Shown here in pieces: positions 50,208-62,315 of a stretch of 64,000 nt of DNA (within the stretch, counting starts at the first letter, position 1; each line of letters starts with the position of its first letter). This stretch comes from an uncultured delta proteobacterium (GTDB taxonomy: Bacteria; Desulfobacterota; Binatia; UBA9968). The notes under the pieces are model-generated. The model saw only the letters and a list, made by a program, of their open reading frames with translations, did no database searches and was not told the DNA's origin. The position numbers and the translations under genes are program-made. The stretch lies in NCBI GenBank assembly GCA_963737905.1, contig CAVTUQ010000008.1:32001-96000 (forward strand), given 5' to 3'.

Positions 50208-51458
50208 ATGCCAAAGCACGGTGAGACTTCGGGAAATCTTGTCTGCTCTTTCTGCGGGAAGAGTCAGGATGAGGTGCGCAAGCTGATTGCGGGCCCGACA
50301 GTATATATTTGCGATGAGTGCATCGATCTTTGCAACGATATCATCGCTGAGGAGTGCGAGCACGACGAAACTCTGACGGCGTCGTCCAATGTACCCAAAC
50401 CCGCCGAGATCAAACGCGTATTAGATCAGTACGTGATTGGTCAGGAGAGGGCGAAAAAGATCCTGGCTGTAGCCGTCCATAATCACTACAAGCGCATCGA
50501 TAGCCAGATGGTCACGGGGGATGTGGAGTTGCAGAAAAGCAACATCCTTCTGCTGGGACCGACGGGATCGGGAAAAACATTGTTGGCGCAGACTTTGGCT
50601 CGTTTTCTCCAAGTTCCCTTCACCATCGCTGACGCCACCAGCCTGACCGAGGCAGGGTATGTCGGAGAGGATGTAGAAAATATCATTCTTAGCCTCCTCC
50701 AAGCTGCCGACTACGACGTTGAAAAAGCTCAGCGTGGGATCGTCTATATAGATGAAATCGACAAAATCTCGCGGAAGGCAGACAACCCGTCGATAACTCG
50801 CGACGTTTCGGGCGAAGGCGTACAGCAGGCGTTGCTGAAGATCATTGAAGGAACGATGGCGAGCGTCCCTCCGAAGGGTGGCCGAAAACACCCACAGCAG
50901 GAGTTCCTGCAAGTGGATACGACCAACATCCTTTTCATCTGCGGTGGCGCGTTTGTCGGGCTCGAGGACATCATTCGCAAGCGGACGGGACGCAAGCGGA
51001 TGGGATTTGGCGGTGAGCTCGAAGAAAGAGATGGTAGAAGACCGACCGAACTTTTGCATGACGTGCAGCCGGAGGACTTGTTGAAATTTGGTCTGATTCC
51101 CGAGTTTATTGGAAGGCTGCCCGTTATCGCTACGCTGGATGAGCTAGACGAGACAGCCCTGGTACGTATCCTGAGAGAGCCGAAGAATGCGCTGACCAAA
51201 CAGTATTCCAAACTTTTTGACATGGAGAGCGTCCACCTGAAGTTTACCGAGGAAGCACTTCAAGCGATTTCCCGTGAGGCGATGAAACGAAAGTCGGGCG
51301 CGCGCGGACTCAGGGCGATCATGGAAAATATCATGCTCGAAATCATGTACGATATGCCTTCCCAACCCAACATCAAAGAGGTCGTTATTTCCGAGGACGT
51401 TGTAAACAAGAATGAACTTCCCATTGTCGTATACACCAAGGCTGCGGAGAGCGCGTAG
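50208..51458 (+). CDS. clpX: Clp protease ATP-binding subunit ClpX
   Basis: CSFCGK Zn-finger, [26 protein letters not shown]. Confidence 0.97.
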   Translation: MPKHGETSGNLVCSFCGKSQDEVRKLIAGPTVYICDECIDLCNDIIAEECEHDETLTASSNVPKPAEIKRVLDQYVIGQERAKKILAVAVHNHYKRIDSQMVTGDVELQKSNILLLGPTGSGKTLLAQTLARFLQVPFTIADATSLTEAGYVGEDVENIILSLLQAADYDVEKAQRGIVYIDEIDKISRKADNPSITRDVSGEGVQQALLKIIEGTMASVPPKGGRKHPQQEFLQVDTTNILFICGGAFVGLEDIIRKRTGRKRMGFGGELEERDGRRPTELLHDVQPEDLLKFGLIPEFIGRLPVIATLDELDETALVRILREPKNALTKQYSKLFDMESVHLKFTEEALQAISREAMKRKSGARGLRAIMENIMLEIMYDMPSQPNIKEVVISEDVVNKNELPIVVYTKAAESA

Positions 51459-51464
51459 AGAGGA

Positions 51465-53936
51465 ATGGATATGTTATTTCGCAATGATAAAGACAAAAAA
51501 GACGAACCGGCGACCGGCGTAACGCGGGTACCCTTGTTACCTCTCAGGGATATTATCGTTTTTCCTCATATGGTGGTTCCTTTGTTTGTCGGTCGGCAGC
51601 GTTCGATCAAAGCGCTGGAAGAAGCCACACAGAAGCAAGGACCGATCTTCCTTTCGTCCCAAAAGGATGCAAAAACCAATGAGCCAACGGAAGAGGACAT
51701 CTATAAGATCGGTACCCTAGGCACGGTTGTGCAGATGTTAAAGCTTCCTGATGGGACGGTGAAAGTTCTCATCGAGGGCAAGAAGAGGGCTCAAGTTAAC
51801 CGGTTTGTGAACAGTCCGGATTTCTTTTTGGTGGAAGTAGAGGAAGCCCCGGAGATCCTTGAACGGAACACAGAAGTGGAAGCATTAACTCGTGAAGTCC
51901 GCTCGACGTTTGAAAATTACGTCAAGCTGAAAAAGAAAATACCTCCGGAAATGGTGATGTCGGTCTCTTCGATCGACGATCCAGGCCGCTTGGCAGACAC
52001 CATCGTGGCGCATCTGGGCATCAAGCTCGAAGACCGACAAAATCTCCTCGAGACTTTCAATGCCGCAGAACGACTGGAAAAGGTCCTTGGCCATATGCGT
52101 GCCGAGATCGAGATCTTAGAGGTCGAGCGCCGCATTCGCTCGCGGGTAAAAAAGCAGATGGAGCGCTCGCAGAAAGAGTACTATCTGAATGAACAGATGC
52201 GGGCGATTCAGAAAGAATTGGGTGAAAAGGACGAATTCAAAAACGAAATTCAGGAGATTGAAGAAAAGATAAAGCAGAAGAAGCTTTCCGCGGAGGCGCG
52301 CGAGAAGGTGGATAAGGAGCTCAAGAAGCTCAAGATGATGTCACCCATGTCCGCGGAAGCTACGGTGGTCCGGAACTATATCGATTGGATTCTGAGTTTG
52401 CCGTGGAACGAGTTTACCGACGACAAACTCGATATTACCGAGGCCGAAAAGGTCCTCGAAGACGACCATTACGGGTTGGAAAAGGTCAAGGAGCGCATCC
52501 TGGAGTATTTGGCCGTCCAAAGTTTAGTCGGCAAGATCAAGGGTCCCATTCTTTGTCTCGTGGGTCCTCCGGGTGTTGGCAAAACATCATTAGGACGCTC
52601 CATTGCACGGGCAACGGGAAGAAAGTTCGTCCGCGTTTCATTGGGTGGCGTGCGCGATGAGGCAGAAATTCGAGGACATCGACGGACCTATATTGGCGCT
52701 TTGCCTGGCAAAATCGTTCAATCGATGAAGAAGGCGGGATCGAGCAATCCGGTTTTCCTGATGGATGAAATCGATAAGATGTCGACAGATTTTCGCGGGG
52801 ATCCATCCTCGGCGCTGCTTGAAGTTTTGGATCCAGAACAAAATACCACGTTCAATGATCACTATTTGGACTTGGACTACGATCTCTCCAAAGTTATGTT
52901 TATCACGACGGCGAACACGCTGGACCGGATTCCACGCCCGCTGCAAGACCGCATGGAAATTATAAGGATTGCTGGCTACACGGAGCTGGAAAAACTCAGC
53001 ATCGCTAAACGTTACTTATTGGAAAAGCAGAAGGAAGCGAATGGCTTGAAGCCAGAGAATGCCACATTTACGGACAATGCTCTGCTCGGCGTGATTCGGC
53101 ATTACACCAAAGAAGCCGGAGTGCGAAACCTGGAGCGGGAAATCGCCGCCATCTGCCGAAAGGTTGCGGTGGAAGTCGTTAAAAAGGATCGGGACTCGCA
53201 CATCCAAGTGGGCACAAAGAGCCTGCACAGGTATTTGGGTCCCGCCAAATATCGATATGGTAAAGCGGAAGCTGAACAGAAGATCGGAGTGACGACCGGA
53301 TTGGCCTGGACCGAACTCGGTGGTGAGCTCTTGGCGACCGAAGTGACGGTTATGCCCGGAAAGGGACAGCTGATTATCACGGGCAAGCTCGGCGATGTCA
53401 TGCAAGAGTCAGCTCGGGCCGCCATGAGTTACGTACGTTCGCGGGCGACTGAATTAGGATTGGAAAGAGACTTCTATCAGAAGATCGACGTTCACATTCA
53501 TGTCCCTGAAGGGGCGATTCCCAAAGACGGACCCTCGGCCGGCATTACGATGGCGACATCGCTTGTTTCCGCATTGACCAAGGTCCCGGTTTACAACGAC
53601 CTCGCGATGACCGGTGAGATAACACTTAGAGGCGCGGTTCTCCCCATCGGTGGTTTGAAAGAAAAAGTTCTGGCGGCACATCGAGCGGGCATAAAGAAAG
53701 TACTCATCCCGGCAGAAAACGAAAAGGATATTGAAGAGATCCCTGCGAGCGTTCTAAAAACTGTGACGCTGGAATTGGTTGCTCATATGGATCAAGTGCT
53801 GAAGAAGGCCTTGGTTACGGACGATCCAGAGAACCTTTTCAAAGGCCCGCCCGAGCAAGTTGAGTCCAAGGAGGAACCCCCTCCCTTCGCGGGAAAAGTG
53901 GACGAAGTTCCTGGCCCTGAGATTCTGCCACAGTAA
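51465..53936 (+). CDS. lon: Lon protease
   Basis: [30 protein letters not shown]. Confidence 0.97.
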   Translation: MDMLFRNDKDKKDEPATGVTRVPLLPLRDIIVFPHMVVPLFVGRQRSIKALEEATQKQGPIFLSSQKDAKTNEPTEEDIYKIGTLGTVVQMLKLPDGTVKVLIEGKKRAQVNRFVNSPDFFLVEVEEAPEILERNTEVEALTREVRSTFENYVKLKKKIPPEMVMSVSSIDDPGRLADTIVAHLGIKLEDRQNLLETFNAAERLEKVLGHMRAEIEILEVERRIRSRVKKQMERSQKEYYLNEQMRAIQKELGEKDEFKNEIQEIEEKIKQKKLSAEAREKVDKELKKLKMMSPMSAEATVVRNYIDWILSLPWNEFTDDKLDITEAEKVLEDDHYGLEKVKERILEYLAVQSLVGKIKGPILCLVGPPGVGKTSLGRSIARATGRKFVRVSLGGVRDEAEIRGHRRTYIGALPGKIVQSMKKAGSSNPVFLMDEIDKMSTDFRGDPSSALLEVLDPEQNTTFNDHYLDLDYDLSKVMFITTANTLDRIPRPLQDRMEIIRIAGYTELEKLSIAKRYLLEKQKEANGLKPENATFTDNALLGVIRHYTKEAGVRNLEREIAAICRKVAVEVVKKDRDSHIQVGTKSLHRYLGPAKYRYGKAEAEQKIGVTTGLAWTELGGELLATEVTVMPGKGQLIITGKLGDVMQESARAAMSYVRSRATELGLERDFYQKIDVHIHVPEGAIPKDGPSAGITMATSLVSALTKVPVYNDLAMTGEITLRGAVLPIGGLKEKVLAAHRAGIKKVLIPAENEKDIEEIPASVLKTVTLELVAHMDQVLKKALVTDDPENLFKGPPEQVESKEEPPPFAGKVDEVPGPEILPQ

Positions 53937-53959
53937 GTCATTCTAACCGCACAGGTGGT

Positions 53960-53988
53960 TTGACACCCGGTATTCCTGCTGTTATAAA
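53960..53988 (+). promoter_or_regulatory. Sigma-70-type promoter of hup
   Basis: TTGACA-N17-TATAAA. Confidence 0.65.
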
Positions 53989-54040
53989 ATCCCCTTGCCC
54001 TGTGTTTTGGATTGGGGCAAGGGATGATGAGGGGAGGACA

Positions 54041-54313
54041 ATGACAAAGGCGGATTTAATCGATTCGCTTGCGAAGCGATTTGAGTTACCCCGGCAGAGA
54101 GCGGAAGAGATTATCGGCGGATTGTTTGACGATATCTGTGCCGCTTTAAAGAACAGCGAGAAGGTAAATATTTCCGGGTTTGGTACCTTTTCAGTGTCCC
54201 ACCGAAAAGGGAGGACGGGAAGGAATCCCAAGACCGGTGAAACGATCGAAATTGCTCCGTCCCGAGCAGCCAAATTTAAAGCAGGCAAAATTCTAAAAGA
54301 GTCCCTCAGCTAG
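54041..54313 (+). CDS. hup: HU-family DNA-binding protein
   Basis: MTKADL, GFGTF, GRNPKTG, FKAGK; GGAGG RBS. Confidence 0.93.
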   Translation: MTKADLIDSLAKRFELPRQRAEEIIGGLFDDICAALKNSEKVNISGFGTFSVSHRKGRTGRNPKTGETIEIAPSRAAKFKAGKILKESLS

Positions 54314-54420
54314 ATATCATTCACCTTAACGTTGCAACTGGAAACAGCCTAAGGTAATAAAGCTGGACGGTTTGGTCTTTTTAAGGGCGAGCTATGGGCT
54401 GGTGTGTTTTCGTTTGAGAG

Positions 54421-54495
54421 GGGCGGTTAGCTCAGCGGGAGAGCATCGGCCTTACAAGCCGGGGGTCACAGGTTCAAATCCTGTACCGCCCACCA
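54421..54495 (+). tRNA. tRNA-Val(TAC)
   Basis: Anticodon loop CTTACAA; CCA end. Confidence 0.95.
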
Positions 54496-54516
54496 GACGG
54501 TTCGTCGCACAGTATC

Positions 54517-54593
54517 GGGGTCGTAGTTCAGCTGGTTAGAACGCCGGCCTGTCACGCCGGAGGTCGCGAGTTCGAGTCTCGTCGGCCCCGCCA
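54517..54593 (+). tRNA. tRNA-Asp(GTC)
   Basis: Anticodon loop CTGTCAC; CCA end. Confidence 0.95.
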
Positions 54594-54633
54594 TTTATGT
54601 ATTGAAGGATCGGAGTTTGCGGAGTTAGGGACG

Positions 54634-55059
54634 ATGAAAACAAAGGAAGCGCTTGCCCAACGGCAATGGTATGTGGTCGACGCTCAGGGAAAAGTATTGG
54701 GCCGCATGGCTACTGAAATCGCCAAGGTTTTGCGTGGGAAAAACAAGCCAATTTTTACACCCAATGCCGATGCCGGTGATTTTGTGATTGTCATCAATGC
54801 GCGAGGTGTGAAACTTACGGGAAAAAAGCTTCAAAAGAAGGTCTATTATCGCCACACCGAATATCCGGGTGGGATTCGCGAAAGAACGGCTGAAAAGATG
54901 CTGGAAGAGAAACCTGAGGACCTAGTGCTTCTGGCCGTTAAGGGGATGTTGCCAAAAAACCGGTTGAGTAGAAAGTTATTTACCAAGCTTAAGGTTTATG
55001 CAGGTCCCGAACATCCTCACGAAGCACAAAAGCCACAACCCCTGCTGATTGAAACATAG
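54634..55059 (+). CDS. rplM: 50S ribosomal protein L13
   Basis: [31 protein letters not shown]. Confidence 0.97.
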   Translation: MKTKEALAQRQWYVVDAQGKVLGRMATEIAKVLRGKNKPIFTPNADAGDFVIVINARGVKLTGKKLQKKVYYRHTEYPGGIRERTAEKMLEEKPEDLVLLAVKGMLPKNRLSRKLFTKLKVYAGPEHPHEAQKPQPLLIET

Positions 55060-55073
55060 GAGTATAAGGATAG

Positions 55074-55466
55074 ATGGCTGAGAGGATGATTACCGCAACT
55101 GGAAGAAGGAAAACTTCTGTCGCCCGTGTCTTTTTGCGACAAGGTAAGGGTGCGATCTCGATCAATGAGCGATCGTTGGAGGAATACTTTGGTCGCGAAA
55201 CAGAACGAATGATTGTGCTCCAACCTTTTGGAGTGCTACAGGCCAGCGGCAGTTTTGACATCGAAGTCAATGTCAAAGGCGGCGGTAGCTCCGGTCAGGC
55301 GGGAGCCATCCGTCATGGGATTACACGCGCGCTCATACAGGCCGACTCCGCATTTCGTTCGCCACTTAAAAAGGCCGGGTTTGTCACGCGTGATCCGCGC
55401 GCTGTGGAACGAAAAAAGTACGGTCGCCATAAGGCGCGAAAGCGACCGCAGTACTCCAAACGATAG
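55074..55466 (+). CDS. rpsI: 30S ribosomal protein S9
   Basis: [33 protein letters not shown]. Confidence 0.97.
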   Translation: MAERMITATGRRKTSVARVFLRQGKGAISINERSLEEYFGRETERMIVLQPFGVLQASGSFDIEVNVKGGGSSGQAGAIRHGITRALIQADSAFRSPLKKAGFVTRDPRAVERKKYGRHKARKRPQYSKR

Positions 55467-55606
55467 AATCCTTATCTGAGCCGTCGGATCGGCTAAAACA
55501 TTTCGTTTTGCATGCTTGAGCACCTCGGGCGCTTCGTGGGTTGAACCTGTACGCATACTGATTCCTTCACACCGCGCCTTTGAAGTGCTTCACTCTCACG
55601 TGAAAC

Positions 55607-56716
55607 CTAAGCTTCCGCTGTGAAGAAAAATAATCCGATCAATGCGAAGATGCTGTTGGGGATCCAAGCGGCGGCCCAAGGGGGGAGCGCGCCGTTGTGG
55701 CCAAGAGAAACGCAAAAGGCCGACAGGACCCAGTAACCAAAGCCGATGAGCATCGCCACCCCGAAGCTCATCGCCATGCTACCGCTCATTTGTCTCCGAA
55801 GCGCGAAAGGGATAGCGATCAGAATCATCAGCGGCGAAATCAACGGGAAGGCCAATTTGGACTGTAAATCGACCTCGTAAGAAGTGGCGTCTATCCCTTT
55901 GTTCTTCATATCGAAAATCTGTTTTTGTAAATCAAAAAAGGTAAATTCGTCCGCATCCCGCGCCAGCAGTTTGAGATCCTGCGGGGTTTCTGAAATCGGA
56001 GGTGCGGTGTTTGGTTTTTGATTAATCACTTTCCCGTCCGGCAAAAAATGCCATTCTGTGATTTCGTTGGCTTCCCAACCTTGACCGGTCCAGCGAGCGC
56101 TCGGAATCTCCATCAATCCGCGCAGGCTCAAATCACGATTTAAGAGGAAAATAGTGATGCCCCGTAGAGTGCTTGTTGAGGGGTCGAAGTTATCGATGTT
56201 GATAAAACTGCCTTCTCCCCTTATCCATATGTCCGCCGTACCGAACAGACTTTGTTGTTGTTTGTTTTTCACCTCGGTCTTGAAGATGGTTTGTGCTTGA
56301 TGCGCAAACGCGGGTACAAGCGCTTCGTTCCAAAAAAAAGTGAACACGCAGATGAACAAAGAGAGAATCAACAGAGGAAGCGCGATACGTTGGACCCTAA
56401 TGCCATTCGATCGCATGGCGGTAATCTCCTGCGTTCGCGTCAACATTCCGAGACAAAACAAAGCAGAAAACAAAGTTGCGAAACCGATCACGCGGGAAAT
56501 GGAACCCGGAGCCTTGTAGAGGAAGTAGCGGATGATAGTCCCTATCGAGGCCCCACTATCGACAAAATTACTGATGCGGTCAAAGAAATCGACGACCAGA
56601 TAGAGAGCGGTAATACAAATCAGACTGATGACAAAAGCGCGCAGGAATCCCTGTGCTAAGTAGCGGTCGAGGATGCCACCCATAGGAAGAAATCTCACGT
56701 TTCCGCGCGCTGCCAT
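55607..56716 (-). CDS. lptG: LPS export ABC permease LptG
   Basis: ILDRYL, EITAMRSNG, LPPWAAAWIPN; paired with lptF. Confidence 0.88.
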   Translation of the reverse strand: MAARGNVRFLPMGGILDRYLAQGFLRAFVISLICITALYLVVDFFDRISNFVDSGASIGTIIRYFLYKAPGSISRVIGFATLFSALFCLGMLTRTQEITAMRSNGIRVQRIALPLLILSLFICVFTFFWNEALVPAFAHQAQTIFKTEVKNKQQQSLFGTADIWIRGEGSFINIDNFDPSTSTLRGITIFLLNRDLSLRGLMEIPSARWTGQGWEANEITEWHFLPDGKVINQKPNTAPPISETPQDLKLLARDADEFTFFDLQKQIFDMKNKGIDATSYEVDLQSKLAFPLISPLMILIAIPFALRRQMSGSMAMSFGVAMLIGFGYWVLSAFCVSLGHNGALPPWAAAWIPNSIFALIGLFFFTAEA

Positions 56717-56726
56717 GCTGATGTCC

Positions 56727-57926
56727 TTAGTCTCTATGTTTCGACTTGAGCTGGCTGAAATATTGACTGGCCGAGGCAAGCGCGGTCTCTAATCCAGCCT
56801 GAAAGCGCAACGGGGATTCGCGGCATGCCTTTCTAAAGAAGTGGACGGAAACTCCTCCTACGACAAGATTGGGAAGCCAGAGCGCCAGGATCGGGTGAAA
56901 AACCCCTTTATCACCGAGTGCCTTTCCGAGAGAAAGAAACGCATAATAGGTGAGCAGCCAAAAAAAACATAGCATGAGTCCCCACGAACGGTTAGCTCGA
57001 GAGCTTCGAGGTAGTAGAGTCAATGACACGCCCAGGAGGCAAAATACCAACGGAGCAAAGCCGAAAGAGATCCGTTGATGAAATTCCATCCGCTCGGGTA
57101 TGGTTTTGGCTCCCTCTGCCTCCTTCTCTTGAATGATCCTGACCAAATGGCGGATGGACATCTCTTTCGGCCCTGCCTCCTTCCTTTTGACAGGGCTGAT
57201 GAGCTCATCGAGGTCAAGCTTAAAATCATAGACATTGAAGCGAGTTTGGCTGAAACCGGGCCGATTTTTTTCCCTTTCGTAAATGGAGCCGTCAAAGAGC
57301 TTGAGCCCTAACGTGTTTGTTTCCTCGTCGGTGGTAATGAGCCCGACCTTTCCCAAGATGATATCTTCTCTAAGGCGATCGCGCTTATCAACGATAAGTA
57401 CGCCTTGGGCCGTGCTACCCGGTGGGATAATTTCTTCCACGTAGATAAGGATATTGGGAAAGTCGTCGTTGAAAACCTTCTCCTTTAGAGCTGTTCCCAC
57501 ACGGCTTTTAGCAATGTTATAAAGTTCTTTCTTAATGGCCAAATTGGCCGCCGGTCGTGCCAGCATGGTTAGCAACAATGTGACGATGGCGATCATCAGC
57601 GCGACGATACCGAGGGGCCAAAGAATTTGCGTGGGACTGATGCCGGAAGCTTTCATAGCAAGCAGTTCTTGATCGCTGGACAGTCTCCCCAAACCAAGAA
57701 GAATGGCCAACAAGAATGCCATTGGAACTGTTAACTCTAAAAAAGTGGGTAAAATTAGAGAAAAAAGCTTAGCCGTTTGGACTAGAGGGACACCTCGAGT
57801 GATGACTAACTCGATCAACTTCAAGATACGGGCAATCAAGAGGATGAATGTAAAAGCCAGAAGCCCGAAAAAAAATGGGGGAAGAATCTCGGAAATCAAA
57901 TAGCGAGTCAGGGTTTTGTATCCCAC
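56727..57926 (-). CDS. lptF: LPS export ABC permease LptF
   Basis: LTRYL, GRLSSDQELLAMKASG, WLPNL. Confidence 0.9.
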   Translation of the reverse strand: MGYKTLTRYLISEILPPFFFGLLAFTFILLIARILKLIELVITRGVPLVQTAKLFSLILPTFLELTVPMAFLLAILLGLGRLSSDQELLAMKASGISPTQILWPLGIVALMIAIVTLLLTMLARPAANLAIKKELYNIAKSRVGTALKEKVFNDDFPNILIYVEEIIPPGSTAQGVLIVDKRDRLREDIILGKVGLITTDEETNTLGLKLFDGSIYEREKNRPGFSQTRFNVYDFKLDLDELISPVKRKEAGPKEMSIRHLVRIIQEKEAEGAKTIPERMEFHQRISFGFAPLVFCLLGVSLTLLPRSSRANRSWGLMLCFFWLLTYYAFLSLGKALGDKGVFHPILALWLPNLVVGGVSVHFFRKACRESPLRFQAGLETALASASQYFSQLKSKHRD

Positions 57927-57992
57927 GATCCTGTCATGCTATCTGTTGGTTTTGTGTTTGTAAAATCCTCCAGACAGTTTTGGAGAACGGAG

Positions 57993-58766
57993 ATGAGTAG
58001 AGAGGCACCAAGATTTCTTTTTGGCATCAATCCCGTATTGGAGAAACTCAAGGCCTCGCCTCATGACATCTCCAAAATCTTGATTGCCAGCGGCTCGTCT
58101 GCAGCGGTCTTACGCGGTGTTGACGCGCAAGCCAGGGGTCTTGGGATACGTATAAGCTTCGTGCCGCCGGAGCTTTTGGATCGATTGTCGGATGGGCAAA
58201 GGCATCAAGGGGTAGTAGCCGAGGTCGTAGACTATTCTTACTTATCTTTTGCAGATTTGCTCAAGGCGATTTCATCACACTCCGGATTGGTTTGGATTCT
58301 GATCCTGGACGGATTGACGGACCCAAGAAATTTTGGCGCTTTGTTGCGGACTGCGGAGTCTGTAGGGATTCATCACATTGTGATTCCCAAGGACCGTGCC
58401 GTCGCCGTGACCTCGACTGTTATTAAGGCTTCTGCGGGCGCAGCTCATTACCTCAGTATTTACCGTGCGACTAATCTCAGGCGCGCCATTTCGGACCTGA
58501 AGGAGCTGGGATTCTGGATCGTGGGCTTAGACATTAAGGCGCCAGAGTCGATCTATGACAGGGTATATCCGCAGCGGCTCGGGATCGTCTTGGGAAGCGA
58601 AGGCGGAGGCATCCGTCCTCTGATCTTAAGAGAGTGCGATTTTCTGGCATCCATACCGATGCGAGGGAAAATCGCCTCGCTCAACGTTGCGGTCGCCGGG
58701 GCCGTCTTTCTTTATGAATTAGTGCGCCAGGCACATCGCATTGACAAGGAAGGGACGAAGGGATAA
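57993..58766 (+). CDS. rlmB: 23S rRNA Gm2251 methyltransferase (SpoU family)
   Basis: HQGVVA, DPRNFGALLRTA, KASAGA, GSEGGG, IPMRG.IASLNV. Confidence 0.92.
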   Translation: MSREAPRFLFGINPVLEKLKASPHDISKILIASGSSAAVLRGVDAQARGLGIRISFVPPELLDRLSDGQRHQGVVAEVVDYSYLSFADLLKAISSHSGLVWILILDGLTDPRNFGALLRTAESVGIHHIVIPKDRAVAVTSTVIKASAGAAHYLSIYRATNLRRAISDLKELGFWIVGLDIKAPESIYDRVYPQRLGIVLGSEGGGIRPLILRECDFLASIPMRGKIASLNVAVAGAVFLYELVRQAHRIDKEGTKG

Positions 58767-58983
58767 TAGGTGTCAGAGATAGGTATTTTACGCCGGTTTT
58801 GTCTTACCTGTTGACATCGGAAGCTGAAGGTGGTTTAAATATCCGTTTACGAACAGGGAATTGATATTCTCTGTGCCGTCGTTCGCCATATAGGCTCAGG
58901 ATCCGTACGGTATAGGTCATAATCCCTCACCAATTAATCAGGATGTCGCTATTTGATGGCGCATGGGAATGTTCTCGAGCCAT

Positions 58984-59058
58984 GCTGGCGTAGCTCAACG
59001 GTAGAGCAGCTGATTTGTAATCAGCAGGTTGTAGGTTCAAGTCCTATCGCCAGCTCCA
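58984..59058 (+). tRNA. tRNA-Thr(TGT)
   Basis: Anticodon loop TTTGTAA; CCA end. Confidence 0.95.
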
Positions 59059-59151
59059 GACAGATTAATTGTCATGGTGTTGAGATATACAGAACGGCGA
59101 TCGCTCGTTGGAAGCACGGGGCAAGGGATAGTGCAGTTTTTAGAGAGAAGA

Positions 59152-59236
<85 letters not shown>

Positions 59237-59245
59237 TTTTTGTTT

Positions 59246-59321
59246 GCGGGAATAGCTCAGTTGGTAGAGCGCGAGCCTTCCAAGCTCGGGGTCGCGGGTT
59301 CGAGTCCCGTTTCCCGCTCCA
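59246..59321 (+). tRNA. tRNA-Gly(TCC)
   Basis: Anticodon loop CTTCCAA; CCA end. Confidence 0.95.
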
Positions 59322-59410
59322 ATTTGCGCATGACTGTGATGGCGGATAGCGGATGGCTGGCCTCTTTGTGGAGAAATTTAGGCCGTAGGCTATGGCCCGT
59401 TGACAGGTAT

Positions 59411-59483
59411 GCCCAGGTAGCTCAGTCGGTAGAGCACGTCCTTGGTAAGGACGAGGTCAGCGGTTCAATCCCGCTCCTGGGCT
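59411..59483 (+). tRNA. tRNA-Thr(GGT) (CCA not encoded)
   Basis: Anticodon loop TTGGTAA; GCCCAGG/CCTGGGC acceptor stem. Confidence 0.93.
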
Positions 59484-59578
59484 TTTGCCGGAATTGAGGT
59501 TGCTTTACGCCGAAGAGTTAGGAATGCAAACAAAACCGTACAGCCATTGACTGGGAAACATAGTAGTAGGAGGAAGTG

Positions 59579-60769
59579 ATGAGCAAGCAGAAATTTGAGC
59601 GAAAAAAGCCTCACCTGAATATCGGTACGATCGGTCACGTCGACCACGGGAAAACAACGTTGACCGCCGCGATTACCAAGGTGTTGGAGAAGCAGGGTAA
59701 GGCCAAGTTCATGGCTTATGATCAGATCGACAAAGCACCGGAAGAAAGAGAGCGGGGGGTCACGATCAATATCGCCCACGTCGAGTATGAGACGGATAAG
59801 CGCCACTATGCTCACGTTGATTGCCCAGGCCACGCGGACTATATAAAGAACATGATCACCGGGGCCGCCCAGATGGATGGCGCGATTTTGGTGGTTTCGG
59901 CGGCTGACGGCCCCATGCCGCAAACCCGGGAACACATCTTGCTCGCACGACAAGTCGGGGTCCCGGCCATTGTGGTCTACTTGAACAAGGCAGATATGGT
60001 CGACGATAAGGAACTCCTAGAACTTGTCGAGTTAGAGGTTAGGGAGCTGCTTTCCAAGTATAAGTTTCCAGGAGATGATACTCCGATCGTCGTGGGAAGC
60101 GCCCTAAAGGCGTTGGAGGGGGATACGTCAGAGATCGGCGAAGGGTCGATCATGAAGCTTATGGAGGCTGTGGATTCGTTTATTCAGGAGCCTGTCCGGG
60201 CCATCGATAAACCGTTCATCATGCCGGTGGAAGATGTCTTCACCATCAGCGGTCGCGGAACCGTAGTCACCGGTCGTGTGGAGCGCGGGATCGTCAAGGT
60301 CGGCGAAGAGATTGAGATCGTGGGATTTAGGGATACTCAAAAAACGGTGGCGACGGGTGTCGAGATGTTTCGCAAGCTCTTGGACGAGGGCCGAGCCGGC
60401 GACAACATTGGCGTGCTGCTGCGAGGAACCAAGCGCGAAGAGGTTGAGAGAGGGCAGGTTCTAGCCAAACCCGGCAGCATTACGCCGCATACAAAATTTA
60501 ACGCCGAGGCTTACGTACTAACTAAAGAAGAGGGTGGACGGCACACACCCTTTTTCAACGGCTACCGGCCACAGTTCTACTTCCGAACCACCGATGTTAC
60601 TGGGGTTGTGAAGCTTCCTCAGGGCACCGAAATGGTCATGCCCGGTGACAATATCAATGCAGAGATCGAGTTGATCACGCCGGTGGCCATGGACGAAGGG
60701 CTGAAATTCGCGATCCGCGAAGGCGGTAAGACCGTCGGCGCAGGCATCGTGACCAAGATCATCCAGTAA
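59579..60769 (+). CDS. tuf: Elongation factor Tu
   Basis: [28 protein letters not shown]. Confidence 0.98.
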   Translation: MSKQKFERKKPHLNIGTIGHVDHGKTTLTAAITKVLEKQGKAKFMAYDQIDKAPEERERGVTINIAHVEYETDKRHYAHVDCPGHADYIKNMITGAAQMDGAILVVSAADGPMPQTREHILLARQVGVPAIVVYLNKADMVDDKELLELVELEVRELLSKYKFPGDDTPIVVGSALKALEGDTSEIGEGSIMKLMEAVDSFIQEPVRAIDKPFIMPVEDVFTISGRGTVVTGRVERGIVKVGEEIEIVGFRDTQKTVATGVEMFRKLLDEGRAGDNIGVLLRGTKREEVERGQVLAKPGSITPHTKFNAEAYVLTKEEGGRHTPFFNGYRPQFYFRTTDVTGVVKLPQGTEMVMPGDNINAEIELITPVAMDEGLKFAIREGGKTVGAGIVTKIIQ

Positions 60770-60792
60770 CTCCAAGGAGGGAGGCTGCGATC

Positions 60793-60945
60793 ATGCGAGA
60801 ACTCATAGGGTTTGCTTGCGACCAATGTAAGCGAAAGAATTACACGACGACGAAAAACAGAAAGAAGACTACGGAAAAATTGGCTCTTAAGAAATTCTGT
60901 TCTTCTTGCCGGATCCATACCCTGCATCGCGAGGTAAAAGTCTAA
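60793..60945 (+). CDS. rpmG: 50S ribosomal protein L33 (Zn-binding C+ form; missing from ORF track)
   Basis: Manual translation MRELIGFACDQCKRKNYTTTKNRKKTTEKLALKKFCSSCRIHTLHREVKV. Confidence 0.95.
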   Translation: MRELIGFACDQCKRKNYTTTKNRKKTTEKLALKKFCSSCRIHTLHREVKV

Positions 60946-60956
60946 CAAAGATACAG

Positions 60957-61034
60957 GGGTCAGTAGCTCCAATTGGCTAGAGCGCCGGACTCCAAATCCG
61001 GTTGTTGCAGGTTCGAGTCCTGCCTGACCCGCCA
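60957..61034 (+). tRNA. tRNA-Trp(CCA)
   Basis: Anticodon loop CTCCAAA; lies between rpmG and secE. Confidence 0.93.
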
Positions 61035-61055
61035 TCTCATCGCGTTGGGCATTTC

Positions 61056-61271
61056 ATGGGAGATTGGATCGAGAAAGTCCAGGATAGTGTTCGCCGCTTA
61101 ACTGGGTTCTTCCAAGAGTCCTGGCAGGAACTGAGGAAAGTCCATTGGCCATCACGTAAAGAGACTTACGCCGCCACCCTGGTTGTCATAATTCTAGTAG
61201 TACTGATTTCCGTGTACTTGGCAGTGGTGGATTTGGGCCTTACTAGAGCGATTCAGGCGATTGTCGACTAG
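61056..61271 (+). CDS. secE: Preprotein translocase SecE
   Basis: ELRKVHWPSRKE followed by a TM helix. Confidence 0.93.
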   Translation: MGDWIEKVQDSVRRLTGFFQESWQELRKVHWPSRKETYAATLVVIILVVLISVYLAVVDLGLTRAIQAIVD

Positions 61272-61288
61272 ATTCTTAGGTTTCCCGT

Positions 61289-61819
61289 ATGGCGAAACAA
61301 TGGTACATCGTTCACACCTTTTCGGGATATGAGCAGAAGGCTAAAGTCGCTTTGGAGGAAAGAATCAAAGCGCTCGGCAAGCAAGAGTACTTTGGCGAGA
61401 TCTTGGTGCCGGTAGAGAAGGTGGTCGAGCTCGTTAAAGGGAAGAAGAAGACTTCTTCAAGGAAGTTCTTCCCCGGCTATATCTTGGTTCAGATGGAGCT
61501 CGATGATGAGACGTGGCATGTCGTCAAAGAGACTCCGAAGGTTACTGGTTTCGTTGGTGGAAGCACTAATCCACCGTCGGTGAGTGATGAGGAGGTTCGG
61601 ACCATTACCCAACAGATGGAGGAAGGGGCGATCAAGCCGAAGCCCCGGGTTCTCTTTTCGGTCGGCGAGAATGTTAAGGTGGTCGATGGTCCGTTTGCGG
61701 ATTTTAACGGCGTAGTGGAAGAAGTTAAGCCGGACAAAGGCAAGCTCAGAGTGCTGATTAGCATTTTTGGCAGGGCCACGCCGGTGGAGTTGGAATTTGT
61801 TCAGGTGGAGCGCAACTAG
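61289..61819 (+). CDS. nusG: Transcription factor NusG
   Basis: WYIVHTFSGYE, FFPGY, KOW motif DGPFADF, IFGRATPVEL. Confidence 0.97.
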   Translation: MAKQWYIVHTFSGYEQKAKVALEERIKALGKQEYFGEILVPVEKVVELVKGKKKTSSRKFFPGYILVQMELDDETWHVVKETPKVTGFVGGSTNPPSVSDEEVRTITQQMEEGAIKPKPRVLFSVGENVKVVDGPFADFNGVVEEVKPDKGKLRVLISIFGRATPVELEFVQVERN

Positions 61820-61837
61820 CGAGAAGGATCGAGGACC

Positions 61838-62263
61838 ATGGCGAAGAAGGTGATTGGCGAGATCAAACTTCAGATACCGGCGGGCCAAGCGAATCCAAGC
61901 CCGCCCGTTGGGCCGGCTTTGGGTCAGCGCGGAGTCAATATCATGGAGTTTTGCAAATCCTTCAACGCGGCAACCCAATCACAGCAGGGAATGATTATCC
62001 CTGTGATCGTCACCGTATACGCGGATCGTTCCTTCACATTCGTGACGAAGACCCCACCGGCGTCCGTTCTCTTAAAGAAGGCGGCGGGGGTTGAAAAAGG
62101 CTCATCGGAGCCTGGGAAAGTGAAGGTTGGCAAGGTTACGCGGGCTCAGGTCAGGGAAATCGCGGAACTTAAGCTCAAAGACCTAACGGCAAAAGATCTC
62201 GCAGCGGCGGAGAAATCTGTCGAGGGTACAGCCCATAGCTTGGGTCTAGAAATCGAAGGTTGA
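61838..62263 (+). CDS. rplK: 50S ribosomal protein L11
   Basis: [23 protein letters not shown]. Confidence 0.97.
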   Translation: MAKKVIGEIKLQIPAGQANPSPPVGPALGQRGVNIMEFCKSFNAATQSQQGMIIPVIVTVYADRSFTFVTKTPPASVLLKKAAGVEKGSSEPGKVKVGKVTRAQVREIAELKLKDLTAKDLAAAEKSVEGTAHSLGLEIEG

Positions 62264-62315
62264 CAAACTCGAGCCTAGCGGCGGGTTTTTCTAAACGACG
62301 GTCTGAAGGAAAAAT